Numbered from the stretch's first letter, positions 40,291 to 50,688 are shown. The stretch is 64,000 nucleotides of DNA from Desulfatiglandales bacterium (GCA_963662465.1 OY759599.1:6784001-6848000), one strand, 5' to 3'. Numbers and translations are program-made. The notes: a model not told the origin generated them from the letters alone.

Positions 40291-42372
40291 ATGAGCAATA
40301 AAATCAATGCTGAACATATTAGTCGGGAAGCATGTATATATATCCGTCAGTCAACACCGGGCCAAGTTCTACAGCATCGTGAAAGCCAACTTTTACAATA
40401 TGGCTTGGTAGAAAGGGCAAAAGAATTAGGATGGAACGAGAAAAACATATGGATGATAGATAGTGATTTGGGAATAACTGCATCGGGATGCGTTGACAGA
40501 AAAGGATTCCAGAATCTTCTTTCATCTGTGTGTGAAGGAAGAATAGGGGGTATTTTCTCGATTGAATCATCGAGGTTGGCCCGCAACGGTCGAGAGTGGC
40601 ATACGTTGCTTGAGATCTGTGCACTTAAAAAAACGGTTCTTGTAGATCAAGGAGCTGTTTATGACCTAAACGTGTCAAATGATCGTTTGCTCCTGGGCTT
40701 AAAGGGAGAAATGAGTGCAATGGAATTGAGCCTATTAAAGGAACGTTCTCAGGCGGCAATACAACAAAAAGCGAAGCGGGGAGAATTATATCTTACTGTA
40801 CCGGCAGCCTATATAAAGACCAGGGATAATAAGCTGAAAAAGAATCCTGACAAACGAATTCAAGAAGTCATTGATTTGGTATTCACGAAATTCAAGGAAT
40901 ATGGCGCCCTTCGTCGGGTGTATCATTGGTTTTTAGATAAACAGATTGAGATTGCTGTTGTTTCCAGCGGTAAAGGGGAACGTAGGATAGAGTGGAAACT
41001 ACCGTCTGCTCATACCTTCTCGCATATAGTGAACAACCCAATTTACGCCGGCGCCTACGCCTATGGCCGGACTAAAACAGAGGTAACTTTTGAAAATGGG
41101 CGCAAGCGACTGAGGAAGGGTATTCGTAAGGAACAAAAGGATTGGGACGTTTTAATATTGGATCACCATGAAGGTTACATCACATGGGAAGAGTACCAGT
41201 ATAACATGGAGATACTAACTCAAAATACAAATAAGAAAAGGCCGGTGGTGAGAGGAGCTGTTCGCGGAGGAAAGGCATTGCTTGGAGGTTTGTTAAGATG
41301 CGGTCATTGCGGTAGAAAGTTAATTGTACGATACCAAGGCCGTAATGGAACTCATAAACGTTATGAGTGTAGCCGCAAACGAGGTAACGAGACAGGAAAG
41401 GCGTGTATATCATTTGGTGGATTCCGTGTTGACCGGGCTGTTACGGATTTTCTTTTGAAAGTATTATCACCGATAGGATTAGAAGCTTCTTTAGAGGCGA
41501 TAAAGAAAATCAACCATGAATCGGATTCAGTGAAACGGCAACGGGAACTGGAGTTGGAACAAGCGCGTTATGAAGCTTTACGGGCAAAACGTCAATACAA
41601 TGCAGTGGACCCTGATAATCGTTTGGTAGCATCTACATTGGAGAAGGATTGGAATGACGCTCTTGTTAAGGTAGCAAGATTGGAGAATGAGATTACCGCT
41701 ATGGGGTCGAACACCCCTTCGCTTTCCCCTGAGGAAGAGACCGAGATCAGAGATCTGTCACAAGATTTACCTCGTGTATGGAATGATCCGTGTTGCTCTT
41801 TGGATTTAAAGAAGCGTATAATCCGGACGGTTATCAAAGAGATCGTTGTTTATTTGGAAGAGCAAAAGATCAAATTAATCATTCACTGGGAAGGGGGTGA
41901 GCATACGGAATTGGAGGTACTGAAGAATAAGTCTTCCAGTTACCCATTGAAAACCGATGTTGATACAAAAAAGATAATATCCGATTTGGCTAGAATTATG
42001 CCTGATAAACACATCGTGGCCTTTCTCAACCGTGTGGGTACAAAGACTACAAAGGGATATACCTGGAATCCGGTAAGGTTGCGTTCATTTCGAAATAGGC
42101 ATAATATCCCTGTATATCATGAAGGAGAGAGGCAGCGACGAGAAGAATATACGGTAGCTGAAGCAAGCGAAAGGCTGGGTATTGGCAGCACCAAAGTTTG
42201 GAGACTTATACAACATGAGATTCTACCCGCCAAGCGAGTATGTTCCGGTGCTCCATGGATCATTTCAAAAAAGGACCTTGAATCTGAAGTGATAAAAAAG
42301 GCAGCTCATTCCGGGCTTCCAAAGAGCCCGCTTTCAAGAAACTCAAAACAACAAGTCTTTAATTTTCAATAA
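40291..42372 (+). CDS. Large serine recombinase (resolvase + recombinase + Zn ribbon + C-terminal HTH)
   Basis: YIRQST, SRLARN, NPIYAG, LRCGHCG. Confidence 0.93.
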   Translation: MSNKINAEHISREACIYIRQSTPGQVLQHRESQLLQYGLVERAKELGWNEKNIWMIDSDLGITASGCVDRKGFQNLLSSVCEGRIGGIFSIESSRLARNGREWHTLLEICALKKTVLVDQGAVYDLNVSNDRLLLGLKGEMSAMELSLLKERSQAAIQQKAKRGELYLTVPAAYIKTRDNKLKKNPDKRIQEVIDLVFTKFKEYGALRRVYHWFLDKQIEIAVVSSGKGERRIEWKLPSAHTFSHIVNNPIYAGAYAYGRTKTEVTFENGRKRLRKGIRKEQKDWDVLILDHHEGYITWEEYQYNMEILTQNTNKKRPVVRGAVRGGKALLGGLLRCGHCGRKLIVRYQGRNGTHKRYECSRKRGNETGKACISFGGFRVDRAVTDFLLKVLSPIGLEASLEAIKKINHESDSVKRQRELELEQARYEALRAKRQYNAVDPDNRLVASTLEKDWNDALVKVARLENEITAMGSNTPSLSPEEETEIRDLSQDLPRVWNDPCCSLDLKKRIIRTVIKEIVVYLEEQKIKLIIHWEGGEHTELEVLKNKSSSYPLKTDVDTKKIISDLARIMPDKHIVAFLNRVGTKTTKGYTWNPVRLRSFRNRHNIPVYHEGERQRREEYTVAEASERLGIGSTKVWRLIQHEILPAKRVCSGAPWIISKKDLESEVIKKAAHSGLPKSPLSRNSKQQVFNFQ

Positions 42373-42406
42373 CGTACGGAGGTGTGTATTATGCCGCTAT
42401 TACCCT

Positions 42407-43301
42407 GGGGGACGTGTTGCAGATAGCGGCTGATAAAGGTTTGAATCGGCAGGGAGATGAGTTCCACCTTCTCACGACCGTAATTGAAGGTCACGTTCCC
42501 GTTTTCAATGCTGTAGATGCGTTTGTTTGAAATTGGCCCGCCTCTCAAGTAACGCGCCAGGTAAATCAACACGCCTTCGCCGTATGAATAGGTCTCTTTG
42601 AGCTTGACGTTCCATTTTTTGCGGCGGCCCAGTTTATTGAAGAGGTTCCGGGCCTGCTGAGGCCCCATACCCTCGGGCAGAACCAGTTCGTTCCGATCCA
42701 GGGCTTTTCTCAAATAGTAGAGGTTCTTGCCTCGAAATACCGCCCGGACGATGCCAAAGGGCAAAAGGAATTTTTTTGATGAAGCGATCCACTCGCCGGC
42801 GATCAGCCCACCGGCCGTTACCAGACAATGCAGATGCGGATGAAAGTCCAGTTTTCGGCTCCAGGTATGCAGTGAGGCGATGATGCCGACTTTGCCCCCC
42901 AAATGCTTCGGATCTCCAAGGAGTTCGGAAAGGGTTTCAGTGGCGCTTTTGAACAGCAGATTGCCCATAAGCTTGCGGTTCAACCGCCATAAGTCGTGCA
43001 ATTCATCGGAGATGGTGAAAATAACATAGAAATGTTCGGTGTTTAAGATGCGAGCCTTTTGTTTTGCCAGCCAACGTTCCACCTGGGTAAAAGCGCAGAG
43101 GGGGCACATACGATGTTTACACGAGTTGTACCAGTGCCTTTTGAAGTGACCGTCCGGGCACGCCTGCACGTGACCCCCCAGAGCAGATGTGCGGCAACTC
43201 ATCAGACGGTGTGCCGCTTCACGAATATGTTCCGGAAGAAGATGGGTCTGATCATAGAGGGCATAGCCTATAAGAAAGATGCTCTGAATCGTCGCTTCCA
43301 C
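42407..43301 (-). pseudogene. IS91-like HUH transposase cassette copy 3, 3'-truncated
   Basis: Matches copy 2 with 3 amino-acid differences up to YLQHVP, then diverges. Confidence 0.9.
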
Positions 43302-43361
43302 TGAAACCTCCTTTATTTACTGGGAGTTACGACGTTAGTTCCCCCGCTGTCCAGCGGGTCT

Positions 43362-43422
43362 GTCCAACGGGCTCTTCAGCGGGCGCGGCTTTTTGCGATC
43401 CGCTGAAAGAGCTTGGTTATGC
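43362..43422 (-). other. attC site
   Basis: GCATAAC..CTTTCAGC...GCTGAAG-agccc-GTTGGAC. Confidence 0.88.
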
Positions 43423-43461
43423 CCGTTTTGCCTCATGCCTTGCTTTGGATGTTTGGTGTTA

Positions 43462-43713
43462 TTATGTCGGTTCAGACTGAACCATCTGCATTTCCTCAGT
43501 CAACGTTTCTGGCGATATATCTTGTTCATTGGGCCAAGTCACAGCACCAAATAGAACTCCAACCTGATTAAAATAATTTATATTCTTAAGTTCTCTGAAC
43601 ATTCCTCTTTCCAGATAGGGGCTCATGTCAAAAATTCCTTTTCGCCCATCTTCCGTCTCGACATAAATTTTATAGCCAGGTTTCGGCTTCACGATTTTTA
43701 CATCCCAGTGCAT
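43462..43713 (-). CDS. DUF2442-like protein (putative TA component)
   Basis: VKP...DG..G.FDM.PYL...F..V....GAVTWPNEQDISPE. Confidence 0.85.
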   Translation of the reverse strand: MHWDVKIVKPKPGYKIYVETEDGRKGIFDMSPYLERGMFRELKNINYFNQVGVLFGAVTWPNEQDISPETLTEEMQMVQSEPT

Positions 43714-43722
43714 GGAATCACC

Positions 43723-43989
43723 TCATAGTGGCTTGATTTTATAAGGATTCTCGCCCAATGTGGCAATCTCCCAGTTGGCCAAAAGCTCATCCCGGTGAAG
43801 CTCTATCCAGGCCTGAACCAGTCTCAACTGTTTCCTGGGTAGCCTTCCGGCAAGTATCTCTCCCTCGTCAATGCCGATTGATGCCTCAAATTCGGCATAC
43901 TTTGCATGGATATGCGGCAAATTATGATGCTTGTTATCAAGCAGATACATACGGATTATTATTCCGTAAAACATCGAAATTATTGGCAT
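43723..43989 (-). CDS. DUF4160-like protein (putative TA component)
   Basis: MPIISMFYGIIIRMY...HNLPHIHAKY...VQAWIELH...IKPL. Confidence 0.9.
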   Translation of the reverse strand: MPIISMFYGIIIRMYLLDNKHHNLPHIHAKYAEFEASIGIDEGEILAGRLPRKQLRLVQAWIELHRDELLANWEIATLGENPYKIKPL

Positions 43990-44050
43990 ATAATGTCCTC
44001 ATGTTATGTTTTTTCTGGTTATTTTATAATTTCTCCGGCAATTTATAAAG

Positions 44051-44098
44051 GCATAACTTTTAATTCAGCGACTATGTTCGCTGCAATGGTTGTTGAAT
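44051..44098 (-). other. Short attC of an ORF-less cassette
   Basis: ATTCAAC..TTGCAGC-gaacatagtc-GCTGAAT-taaaa-GTTATGC; R'' matches the cassette start GTTGAAT at 44255. Confidence 0.75.
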
Positions 44099-44248
44099 TG
44101 CCCGGGTAAGTGGGGTGTATAATTCACCTTACTGCCGCTGAAGCGTTGCTTTTTCAATGTCTACATAACGCAGTTATGCAGCTGAAAAAGCAACGCTTCA
44201 GCGGTAGCATAAAATCGGATAATTGTACAGCCCGCTCCCGGATGTCAC

Positions 44249-44340
44249 ATTCAACGTTTGAACTCAGCGGCTGGCCACCCAAACTTTCCGCGATTAGCGC
44301 CGCCGCGCCTCTTCCAGTCCGCTGAAGTGATTTGTTAGCG
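44249..44340 (-). other. attC site
   Basis: CGCTAAC-aaatc-ACTTCAGC...GCTGAGT-tcaaac-GTTGAAT. Confidence 0.88.
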
Positions 44341-44607
44341 CCACATTTGCTCTGAGCTCTAAATCTCTATGACTGTTTGGTACGATTGGTAAAATCATCA
44401 AATATGAGCTCTGCTCACGTTAGTTTCTTTTCTTACCAACTTGATCCTAAATCACAGCCAACAGACTGGGCTGCTGAACTCATCGGTTCCTCCTCTATGA
44501 TCATTTTTGGAACCTATAATATCATGCTCAAAAAGCTAAATCACGCAGGCTTGCCGAAGGAACACAAAATAACATAAAAACAAAAGATAAGAATCTGATA
44601 GAATTTC

Positions 44608-45078
44608 CTATATCCGCTTGGAACGATAATGAATCAACCTCCACCCGTAATAACCACCACGAACAAAGACAAAAATACTTTCCCATTTTTGACCGCCAGG
44701 TCTTTCAATTACCTTTACTTCACCCACGCAACCATCATCATTTATAGAAATAAAGTCATACTTTATGATCATGCCAGCCCAAGTATTAGCAATCAACTTA
44801 TGCATACTATCATAATCCCTATATCTTCCTTCATCCATTGCGGTTACATGTTTGTGCAATATTGCATCAGCAAGGCGATCACCATCTTGCTGTGAATACT
44901 TGCCACCAAACTTCATGACAATATTGCTCAATTGCGTTGAATCTTGAGCATATGCATCGGATACGCATATCAACAAAATTGCCGCAATGGAGCAGAAAAT
45001 CACTGGAAAGATAAAAATTACATTGGTCAAAATTCTTTCATTTTTCATATAAAATACCTCCTGATTAAGATTTACCAT
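44608..45078 (-). CDS. Hypothetical secreted protein (cassette gene)
   Basis: Hydrophobic leader ending AYA; AT-rich; lies between two attC sites. Confidence 0.6.
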   Translation of the reverse strand: MVNLNQEVFYMKNERILTNVIFIFPVIFCSIAAILLICVSDAYAQDSTQLSNIVMKFGGKYSQQDGDRLADAILHKHVTAMDEGRYRDYDSMHKLIANTWAGMIIKYDFISINDDGCVGEVKVIERPGGQKWESIFVFVRGGYYGWRLIHYRSKRI

Positions 45079-45272
45079 GCTATGAATCTATCATCGATTC
45101 AAAAAAGCTGCATAATAGATATTCACGGAAATAAATTTTTTTCTCTAAAATGCCATTTCCACAGAAGCTGAAACCCAGTGTTTTCATGCATTCCGGACAT
45201 CAGCTTTCGTGGATATAGTGCAAATTTTTTATTTCCGATAATGTATAATATAGTAATCATTGCCCTCCGTCT

Positions 45273-45399
45273 TACTAACGTTTGGGTAACGGGCAGCAAG
45301 GGTTTCCAAAAAAATTACTCAAAAGCACATCATTTAAAAATTTTTCAAATTCTTTTAAAAAAGCAGACCCTTGCTGTCCGGTTCACCTGCTGGTTATGT
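45273..45399 (-). other. attC site (127 bp)
   Basis: ACATAAC..GTGAACCGG-acagcaaggg...cccttgctgc-CCGTTAC..GTTAGTA. Confidence 0.85.
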
Positions 45400-45722
45400 T
45401 AAATACGAATTGCTTTGAATCCAGATTCTTCGCCTTGATGAAAATAAATATTACCTACTAAATCATCATTTTGTATGGTTGCAGAACCTCTACCAAAAGC
45501 TGGGTCCATTTCATCATTACCTTCCCAAGAGAACTCAATTGTATCGTCTTTTTTGAGTTTCGAAGGTCGATAATCTATATAACCATGAACATAGCCAAAC
45601 TGAAATTCACCTATGCCCTTTTTGCCAAATTTAATGAAACCTTTGACCTCAGCATCTATAAAGTCTTGATCCCATTGATCCATTTCTACAATTCGCCATC
45701 TTCCAATAAATTTTTTACTCAT
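45399..45722 (-). CDS. Hypothetical cassette protein
   Basis: GRWRIVEMDQWD...GEFQFG...FSWEGNDEMD; stop overlaps R''. Confidence 0.75.
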   Translation of the reverse strand: MSKKFIGRWRIVEMDQWDQDFIDAEVKGFIKFGKKGIGEFQFGYVHGYIDYRPSKLKKDDTIEFSWEGNDEMDPAFGRGSATIQNDDLVGNIYFHQGEESGFKAIRI

Positions 45723-45756
45723 AAATATTTCATTTTTTTTTAAATGGTTGATCAAA

Positions 45757-45873
45757 ACATAACGCCTGTAACCAGGCGCTGCACTAAATTTGGATTAAAG
45801 GTAATGTTATCAAAACCGCAAATCTTGGGTTCATCAGCGGCCTATTCCGCTCTGGTTGATATAAATATTATGC
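45757..45873 (-). other. Degenerate attC (R'' GCATAAT)
   Basis: R' GTTATGT; L boxes ATCAACCA/TGGTTAC; cassette start GTTATGC at 48179. Confidence 0.6.
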
Positions 45874-45899
45874 AATTTGCACTAATGTCCCACTTTCTT

Positions 45900-47697
45900 C
45901 AGCAATTCCCGCTTAGATTCTAAAGGCGCTAGGACAGTACCTTTTGGCATTTCCTTTTCGTAAAGCTTTACGTTGAATGAATAGCCTGAAAAGGCTTTTT
46001 TCTCCAATTTTTAAAATAAAACAGGAATTTTTTTGGCAATTCTCAGAAAAAGCTGGACTTTCAGATCAACTTGGCCGATGATTACTGCCTATGGGAATCA
46101 GAAGCCAAAAAGGAAGAAAAGAGAGAGGCAAGATTGGAGTTCGCAAGCATCTTAATGCAGATGCAATTTTCAAGCGTCTGCATAAAGATTTTTCTGAAGT
46201 CTCTGACTGCCGTGAGGATCCCGATATTACTATTGCGGATGCCTTGATGTCCGGGTTTGCAATGTTTTCGCTCAAGGAGCCATCGTTGCTTGCCTTTGAT
46301 GAAAGAAGAAAAACCGATAGTAATCTTGGGAACATATACCATATTGGAAAGATCCCATGTGACAGTACGATGCGCACCATTCTTGATGAAGTGCTCGCAG
46401 AAGAACTTCGGAAACCGTATAGGAATATCTTCTGGGAACTGCAAAGGGGAAAGGTGCTTGAACGTATGGTATTTTTCGAAGGTTGTTATCTTCTATCTTT
46501 GGATGGAACGGGTTTCTTCTCATCGAAGAAACTTTCCTCTGATAGTTGTTTGGTAAAAGTATCGAAAAAAACCGGCGAAAAAACCTATTATCAGCAGATG
46601 TTGGGGGCAGCAATTGTCCATCCGGATTTCAAAGAGGTCATTCCGCTTGCTCCGGAATTCATAGTCAAGCAGGATGGCCAAAGCAAGAACGACTGTGAGC
46701 GTAATGCCGCGAAACGTTTCTTGCAAAAGCTAAAAGAGGAGCATCCCCATCTGCCTATCATTATAACAGAGGACGCGTTAAGTTCGAATGCACCCCACAT
46801 TGAAGAAATACAAAAGCAAAATTTTCATTATATTCTGGGAGTTAAAAAAGGAGATCACCATTTCTTGTTTAATCACGTCGAACAAGCGCGGATAAATGGT
46901 GACGTCACTGAATTCGAATTGGTCGATAAAGAGGATCCGGAAAAAATACATCGTTTCCGATTTATTAACCAGGTACCTCTCAATGCCTCTAACAAGAATA
47001 TGCTGGTTAACTTTCTGGAATATTGGGAAATTACACCGAAAAAAACAAAACATTTTAGTTGGGTGACAGATTTTTTAATAGGAAAGGACAATGCATACCA
47101 GCTAATGCGAGGCGGCCGTGCGAGATGGAAGATCGAAAATGAAACCTTCAATACTCTTAAGAACCAAGGATATCATTTTGAACACAACTACGGGCTCGGC
47201 AAGAAGAATCTGAGTGTTGTTTTTGCGATGCTCATGATGCTGGCATTCTTGGTGGATCAAACTCAACAGCTTTGTTGCCCTCTATTTATAGCCGCATGGC
47301 ATAAACTCGGCTCAAAAAGGGAATTGTGGGAACGGATGAGAGCTTTGTTTAGAGATTTTGAATTCAAATCGATGAGGATGCTCTATGAAGCCCTCTATTA
47401 TGGCGTAAAGTTTCAAGCGCCAGTTATTCTATATAACAGTGGTTAAATTTGTCATGCCCAAGTTCGCATACAAAAATGCTCTCATTAATAAAAAACTGGA
47501 GATTCCGGAAATGGATATCTCTGCCCTAACTCGTGCTTTTATGCTCTTACTCTTGTCAAAGAAGCTCAACCTGCAAGAAATCGAGGGAGGTAATAGTGGA
47601 TTTAATACAATTTTTCTGAAAAGGATCTGATCTCAGGGTTTGTTTTTGAAATATGTTTTTCAAACTCTGTGAGTAAATTCTTGACCGGGAATTGCTG
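45900..47697 (+). mobile_element. 1798 bp DDE insertion sequence (ISNCY/IS4-like), copy A
   Basis: IR CAGCAATTCCCG; 9 bp TSD CACTTTCTT. Confidence 0.95.
46091..47446 (+). CDS. DDE transposase
   Basis: SLDGT, EDAL, GRARWKIENETFNTLK. Confidence 0.92.
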   Translation: MGIRSQKGRKERGKIGVRKHLNADAIFKRLHKDFSEVSDCREDPDITIADALMSGFAMFSLKEPSLLAFDERRKTDSNLGNIYHIGKIPCDSTMRTILDEVLAEELRKPYRNIFWELQRGKVLERMVFFEGCYLLSLDGTGFFSSKKLSSDSCLVKVSKKTGEKTYYQQMLGAAIVHPDFKEVIPLAPEFIVKQDGQSKNDCERNAAKRFLQKLKEEHPHLPIIITEDALSSNAPHIEEIQKQNFHYILGVKKGDHHFLFNHVEQARINGDVTEFELVDKEDPEKIHRFRFINQVPLNASNKNMLVNFLEYWEITPKKTKHFSWVTDFLIGKDNAYQLMRGGRARWKIENETFNTLKNQGYHFEHNYGLGKKNLSVVFAMLMMLAFLVDQTQQLCCPLFIAAWHKLGSKRELWERMRALFRDFEFKSMRMLYEALYYGVKFQAPVILYNSG

Positions 47698-47705
47698 CAC
47701 TTTCT

Positions 47706-48131
47706 TTATTCATTATACAGGTGAAATTCTGGATCCTCTCCAATTTTTTTTACAATTATAGGGTATTCTACATTTGATTTAGCTTCTATTCGTTTTCTGC
47801 TTTTTTTTATTTGAAATATCCATTCATCGCCAAAGTCATATAAGAAATAGAACTTTAAATTACCAAGTGGAAAAATAGAGTTCAATGAAGAATTATATGA
47901 TCTACATTTATAACCATAAAACTCGTCCTTATTTCCAAATAATATTTTTTTATTTCTTGGCGTTCTTCCCAGGTAGAACATATGTGCGTGATCAAAACCA
48001 AAACCATTTGCTTCTCTTATTATATCAAAAAGATCGTGCAATTGAGCGTTTTCGTCTATGTCTATTATACGTACAGTTTCATGATCATAATGCCACCCTT
48101 CTAAGCATTCTACCGTCAATCTAAAAATCAT
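47706..48131 (-). CDS. pRiA4b ORF-3-like protein (cassette gene)
   Basis: LHDL...FDHAHMF...FLYDFGDEW...YP. Confidence 0.75.
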   Translation of the reverse strand: MIFRLTVECLEGWHYDHETVRIIDIDENAQLHDLFDIIREANGFGFDHAHMFYLGRTPRNKKILFGNKDEFYGYKCRSYNSSLNSIFPLGNLKFYFLYDFGDEWIFQIKKSRKRIEAKSNVEYPIIVKKIGEDPEFHLYNE

Positions 48132-48172
48132 TTTTAATCATTCCTATGTCTGAAATGAGGATTAGTTTACGT

Positions 48173-48452
48173 GCATAACGGGCCGGGCTGTTAAGCCGCG
48201 AGACTCGGAGGCCTTGAAAGGAAATGGTTTTTTATTTCTTTTCAAGGCTGAGAATCGCAGTCGGCTTCAACGCCGTGGATGGGTGGAGCGCGCAGCGCGG
48301 AACCTGTCCACGGTGTTGATCAGCCCGGCCCGATGGGGTGGAGCGCGGAGCGGTCCACCCCATCGCTAAGCTCACCGGCGCAAGGGCAAAATCAAGGCGT
48401 TGGGAGTTTAAAAGACGGAGCCCTTGCGTCCGAGTTCAGCGCCGGGTTATAA
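48173..48452 (-). other. Composite attC region with an inserted multi-hairpin segment
   Basis: R'' TTATAAC at 48452, L arms at 48365-48445, R' GTTATGC displaced to 48179. Confidence 0.65.
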
Positions 48453-48520
48453 TGCGTTCTTCCACTATTTAAAATCATAACAAACTGAATTATAATTGAA
48501 ATAACAATAATATAACAGCA

Positions 48521-48606
48521 TTATAACGACAAGCTCACCAGCGCCTCCACCGGTCCCCGCTGGAACCGCCGGACTATCAGGCGTCTGGCGCAGCGTTTGG
48601 TTGGGT
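48521..48606 (-). other. attC site (86 bp family)
   Basis: ACCCAAC-caaac-GCTGCGCC...GGTGAGC-ttgtc-GTTATAA. Confidence 0.88.
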
Positions 48607-48732
48607 GTTGGTGCTCCATACTGAGGTTGATTGTTTCATCATATGGCCCAATAATACAGTTTTAAATAATGCAGCTGTTCTCACACGCTACCATCCGAAT
48701 GTTTACGAGGCAAGGGCTGGAATATAAGAATC

Positions 48733-48758
48733 GGTTCCCATAGAAACCTATGGGAACC
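48733..48758 (-). terminator. Hairpin after the lipoprotein gene
   Basis: GGTTCCCATAG/CTATGGGAACC. Confidence 0.55.
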
Positions 48759-48775
48759 TAAAAGGAATATCTATT

Positions 48776-49231
48776 TTATTTTTCTTTGGTCAGCGTAGTG
48801 TCCCACCTTATATTATCGGTAGGCAGTCCAGTACTTATGTCTATCACCGTTCCACTGTTAAGAATTTCTGCATCACTTGCAATAAAACCAGCACGCGTAT
48901 TGAACTTAATTTCTGCTATATCGGCCCCTTTTAAGGTTCCTCGAATCATATCATAGTTATCGACCGGGTAGCTCCCGCTCTGTAGACTGCCCACAATGAG
49001 ATTCCCTTCTTGAGTTATAGCAATGGTTCCATCAAAAGTTTTTCCACATGAGCTCTTAGTAGCAGCGCGCCAGTTACCGGATAGGTTATAGACCAATTCT
49101 CCGTTTGCAAGTTTTACGGTATTTGGCATATCAGCATTTAGTGCTGTGGATTTTGCATCATCCCGCATAGCGGAATTGCAGCCAACAACAAATAATAAAA
49201 TGAAGAAACCCATGACTATCCATCTTTTCAT
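48776..49231 (-). CDS. Hypothetical lipoprotein, paralogue of 6301-6753
   Basis: VVGC lipobox; shares CNSAMR, NGE.VY.L.G.W, QEGN, EIKFNT. Confidence 0.8.
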   Translation of the reverse strand: MKRWIVMGFFILLFVVGCNSAMRDDAKSTALNADMPNTVKLANGELVYNLSGNWRAATKSSCGKTFDGTIAITQEGNLIVGSLQSGSYPVDNYDMIRGTLKGADIAEIKFNTRAGFIASDAEILNSGTVIDISTGLPTDNIRWDTTLTKEK

Positions 49232-49632
49232 TTTTAATATTCTCCTTTCACTTGAAACTGGGATTGAAAACTTCAACGCTAATCAAAACTGAACCAAGTT
49301 TGCTAATGGAAATTGAACCATTGGCTGTCACCGCCGGTGAGTACGGCCCTCAGGTATAGCGGACGATGAGGGATCCATAAGTGGCGGCAAAGGAGTCGTT
49401 GATGTAGATTTACTTTTCAATAAATTTTTATAAAATCTATTTTCTTTGGATTTGGTTTTCTTCTTCCAAGACAGAGGCTTGGTTAAGTGGAAATGCGATT
49501 TACTTTGTAGAATGGATGGTGAAGGCCCGAAGTAGCCGCTTCGGGCCTTCTTTTTTGACCACCGGATAGAGCCGGAAGCCACACACACGCCAATTTTATA
49601 TAAGTGTGTTTCCGGCCAATTGCAAGGCCGGA

Positions 49633-50049
49633 ATGATGGGAGATGTCCTTTTAAGAGTGGTTCAATGCCGATGTTGTGGTTGCTTTTTTCACGTCTGTCG
49701 GTCGTGTTGGCGTGGCCAGGCCTATTGTGGGGAACGATGTCGCAGGATACGCCAAAGACAGCTGCACCGGAAAGCTCAGGGGAAATACCGCAATTCGAAA
49801 AAAGGGAAAGAGCGCTGTCGTTTGTACGAAAAAACAAAAAAATCCAAAAAAAATGGACTGAACCCTGGTGATGATAGTTCAACACCTCAAAAAGACTGTG
49901 ATATTGAACCCAAAAAGCGGTCGGGGAACCGACCCAGCTGTCTTTTTTGCGGGTCGATCGGGGTTGTTGTGGACCATTTTCCTCGCCGTGCTTATGCAGG
50001 GAGGGTTTTTTCAGATGTAACAGGCTTTGAGAAAACCCCATATCCATGA
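49633..50049 (+). CDS. Cys-rich basic protein
   Basis: CRCC..F.VCRSC.RGQAYC..RC; C-terminal CLFCG. Confidence 0.7.
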   Translation: MMGDVLLRVVQCRCCGCFFHVCRSCWRGQAYCGERCRRIRQRQLHRKAQGKYRNSKKGKERCRLYEKTKKSKKNGLNPGDDSSTPQKDCDIEPKKRSGNRPSCLFCGSIGVVVDHFPRRAYAGRVFSDVTGFEKTPYP

Positions 50050-50061
50050 CAGGAGAAAAAA

Positions 50062-50481
50062 ATGATCAAAAAAAGAGTCCTTTTTCCCGAAAGAGTGCGT
50101 GTCATCAATGGAAGCTTCGGCTTTCTGGAGCATCGTTTTTTGAGAAACGGCTTTTGGGAGAGCCTGAATCATCATGAGCTGCTGCTCTACATTTTTCTGG
50201 TGTTGGTATCTGACAAAAACGGGCTCTCTTATTATGGTTACGACAGAATCTGCCGGATTTTAAAGGTGCATTTGGATCAATATATCGATGCCCGCGATGG
50301 CTTGTTGGACAAGGATCTGATTGGGTTTGATGGCCGTCTGTTTCAGGTTCTTTCGCTTCCCAGACGTCCTGTGATTGTGAAACAGGTAAAGGAGATCCGG
50401 CAAGGAAATTGGGTCAGTCTTGGAGAAACCATAGAGGAAATCTTTCGGGAGACTGGGTATGGAATCCATCCGAACCGTTGA
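50062..50481 (+). CDS. Putative winged-HTH protein
   Basis: LLLYIFLVLVSDKNGLSYYGYDRICRIL...ARDGLLDKDLI. Confidence 0.7.
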   Translation: MIKKRVLFPERVRVINGSFGFLEHRFLRNGFWESLNHHELLLYIFLVLVSDKNGLSYYGYDRICRILKVHLDQYIDARDGLLDKDLIGFDGRLFQVLSLPRRPVIVKQVKEIRQGNWVSLGETIEEIFRETGYGIHPNR

Positions 50482-50688
50482 TATTCATTTGCTGGAGTTG
50501 CGTTACGCTCATTGCCGGATAATGAATCACCAGGCTTTAAAGCGATTGAGGGATTCCATCGAAACTTACGGGCAGATCGTTCCGGCCCTGGCTATTGAAG
50601 AAAAAGACAAACTGATTCTGATTGATGGCTACCTGCGTGTTCGAGCGCTTTGTGCTTGTGGAAAGGACCGGATATGTGTCCAATTCTC

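Larger units (their letters stand above)
39247..42395 (+). mobile_element. Large-serine-recombinase mobile element
   Basis: Ends TATAATGCC (39251) and TATTATGCC (42387); two small ORFs plus the recombinase. Confidence 0.7.

Noticed and set aside
42389..42411. TTATGCCGC next to PQG-like codons as a RIT-like end
   Set aside because: Only about 12 bp of unexplained sequence, overlapping the recombinase element end; too short to call
49328..50047. 239 aa minus-strand ORF in E2
   Set aside because: It is antisense to the Cys-rich ORF that has a counterpart in E1 and shows no recognisable features
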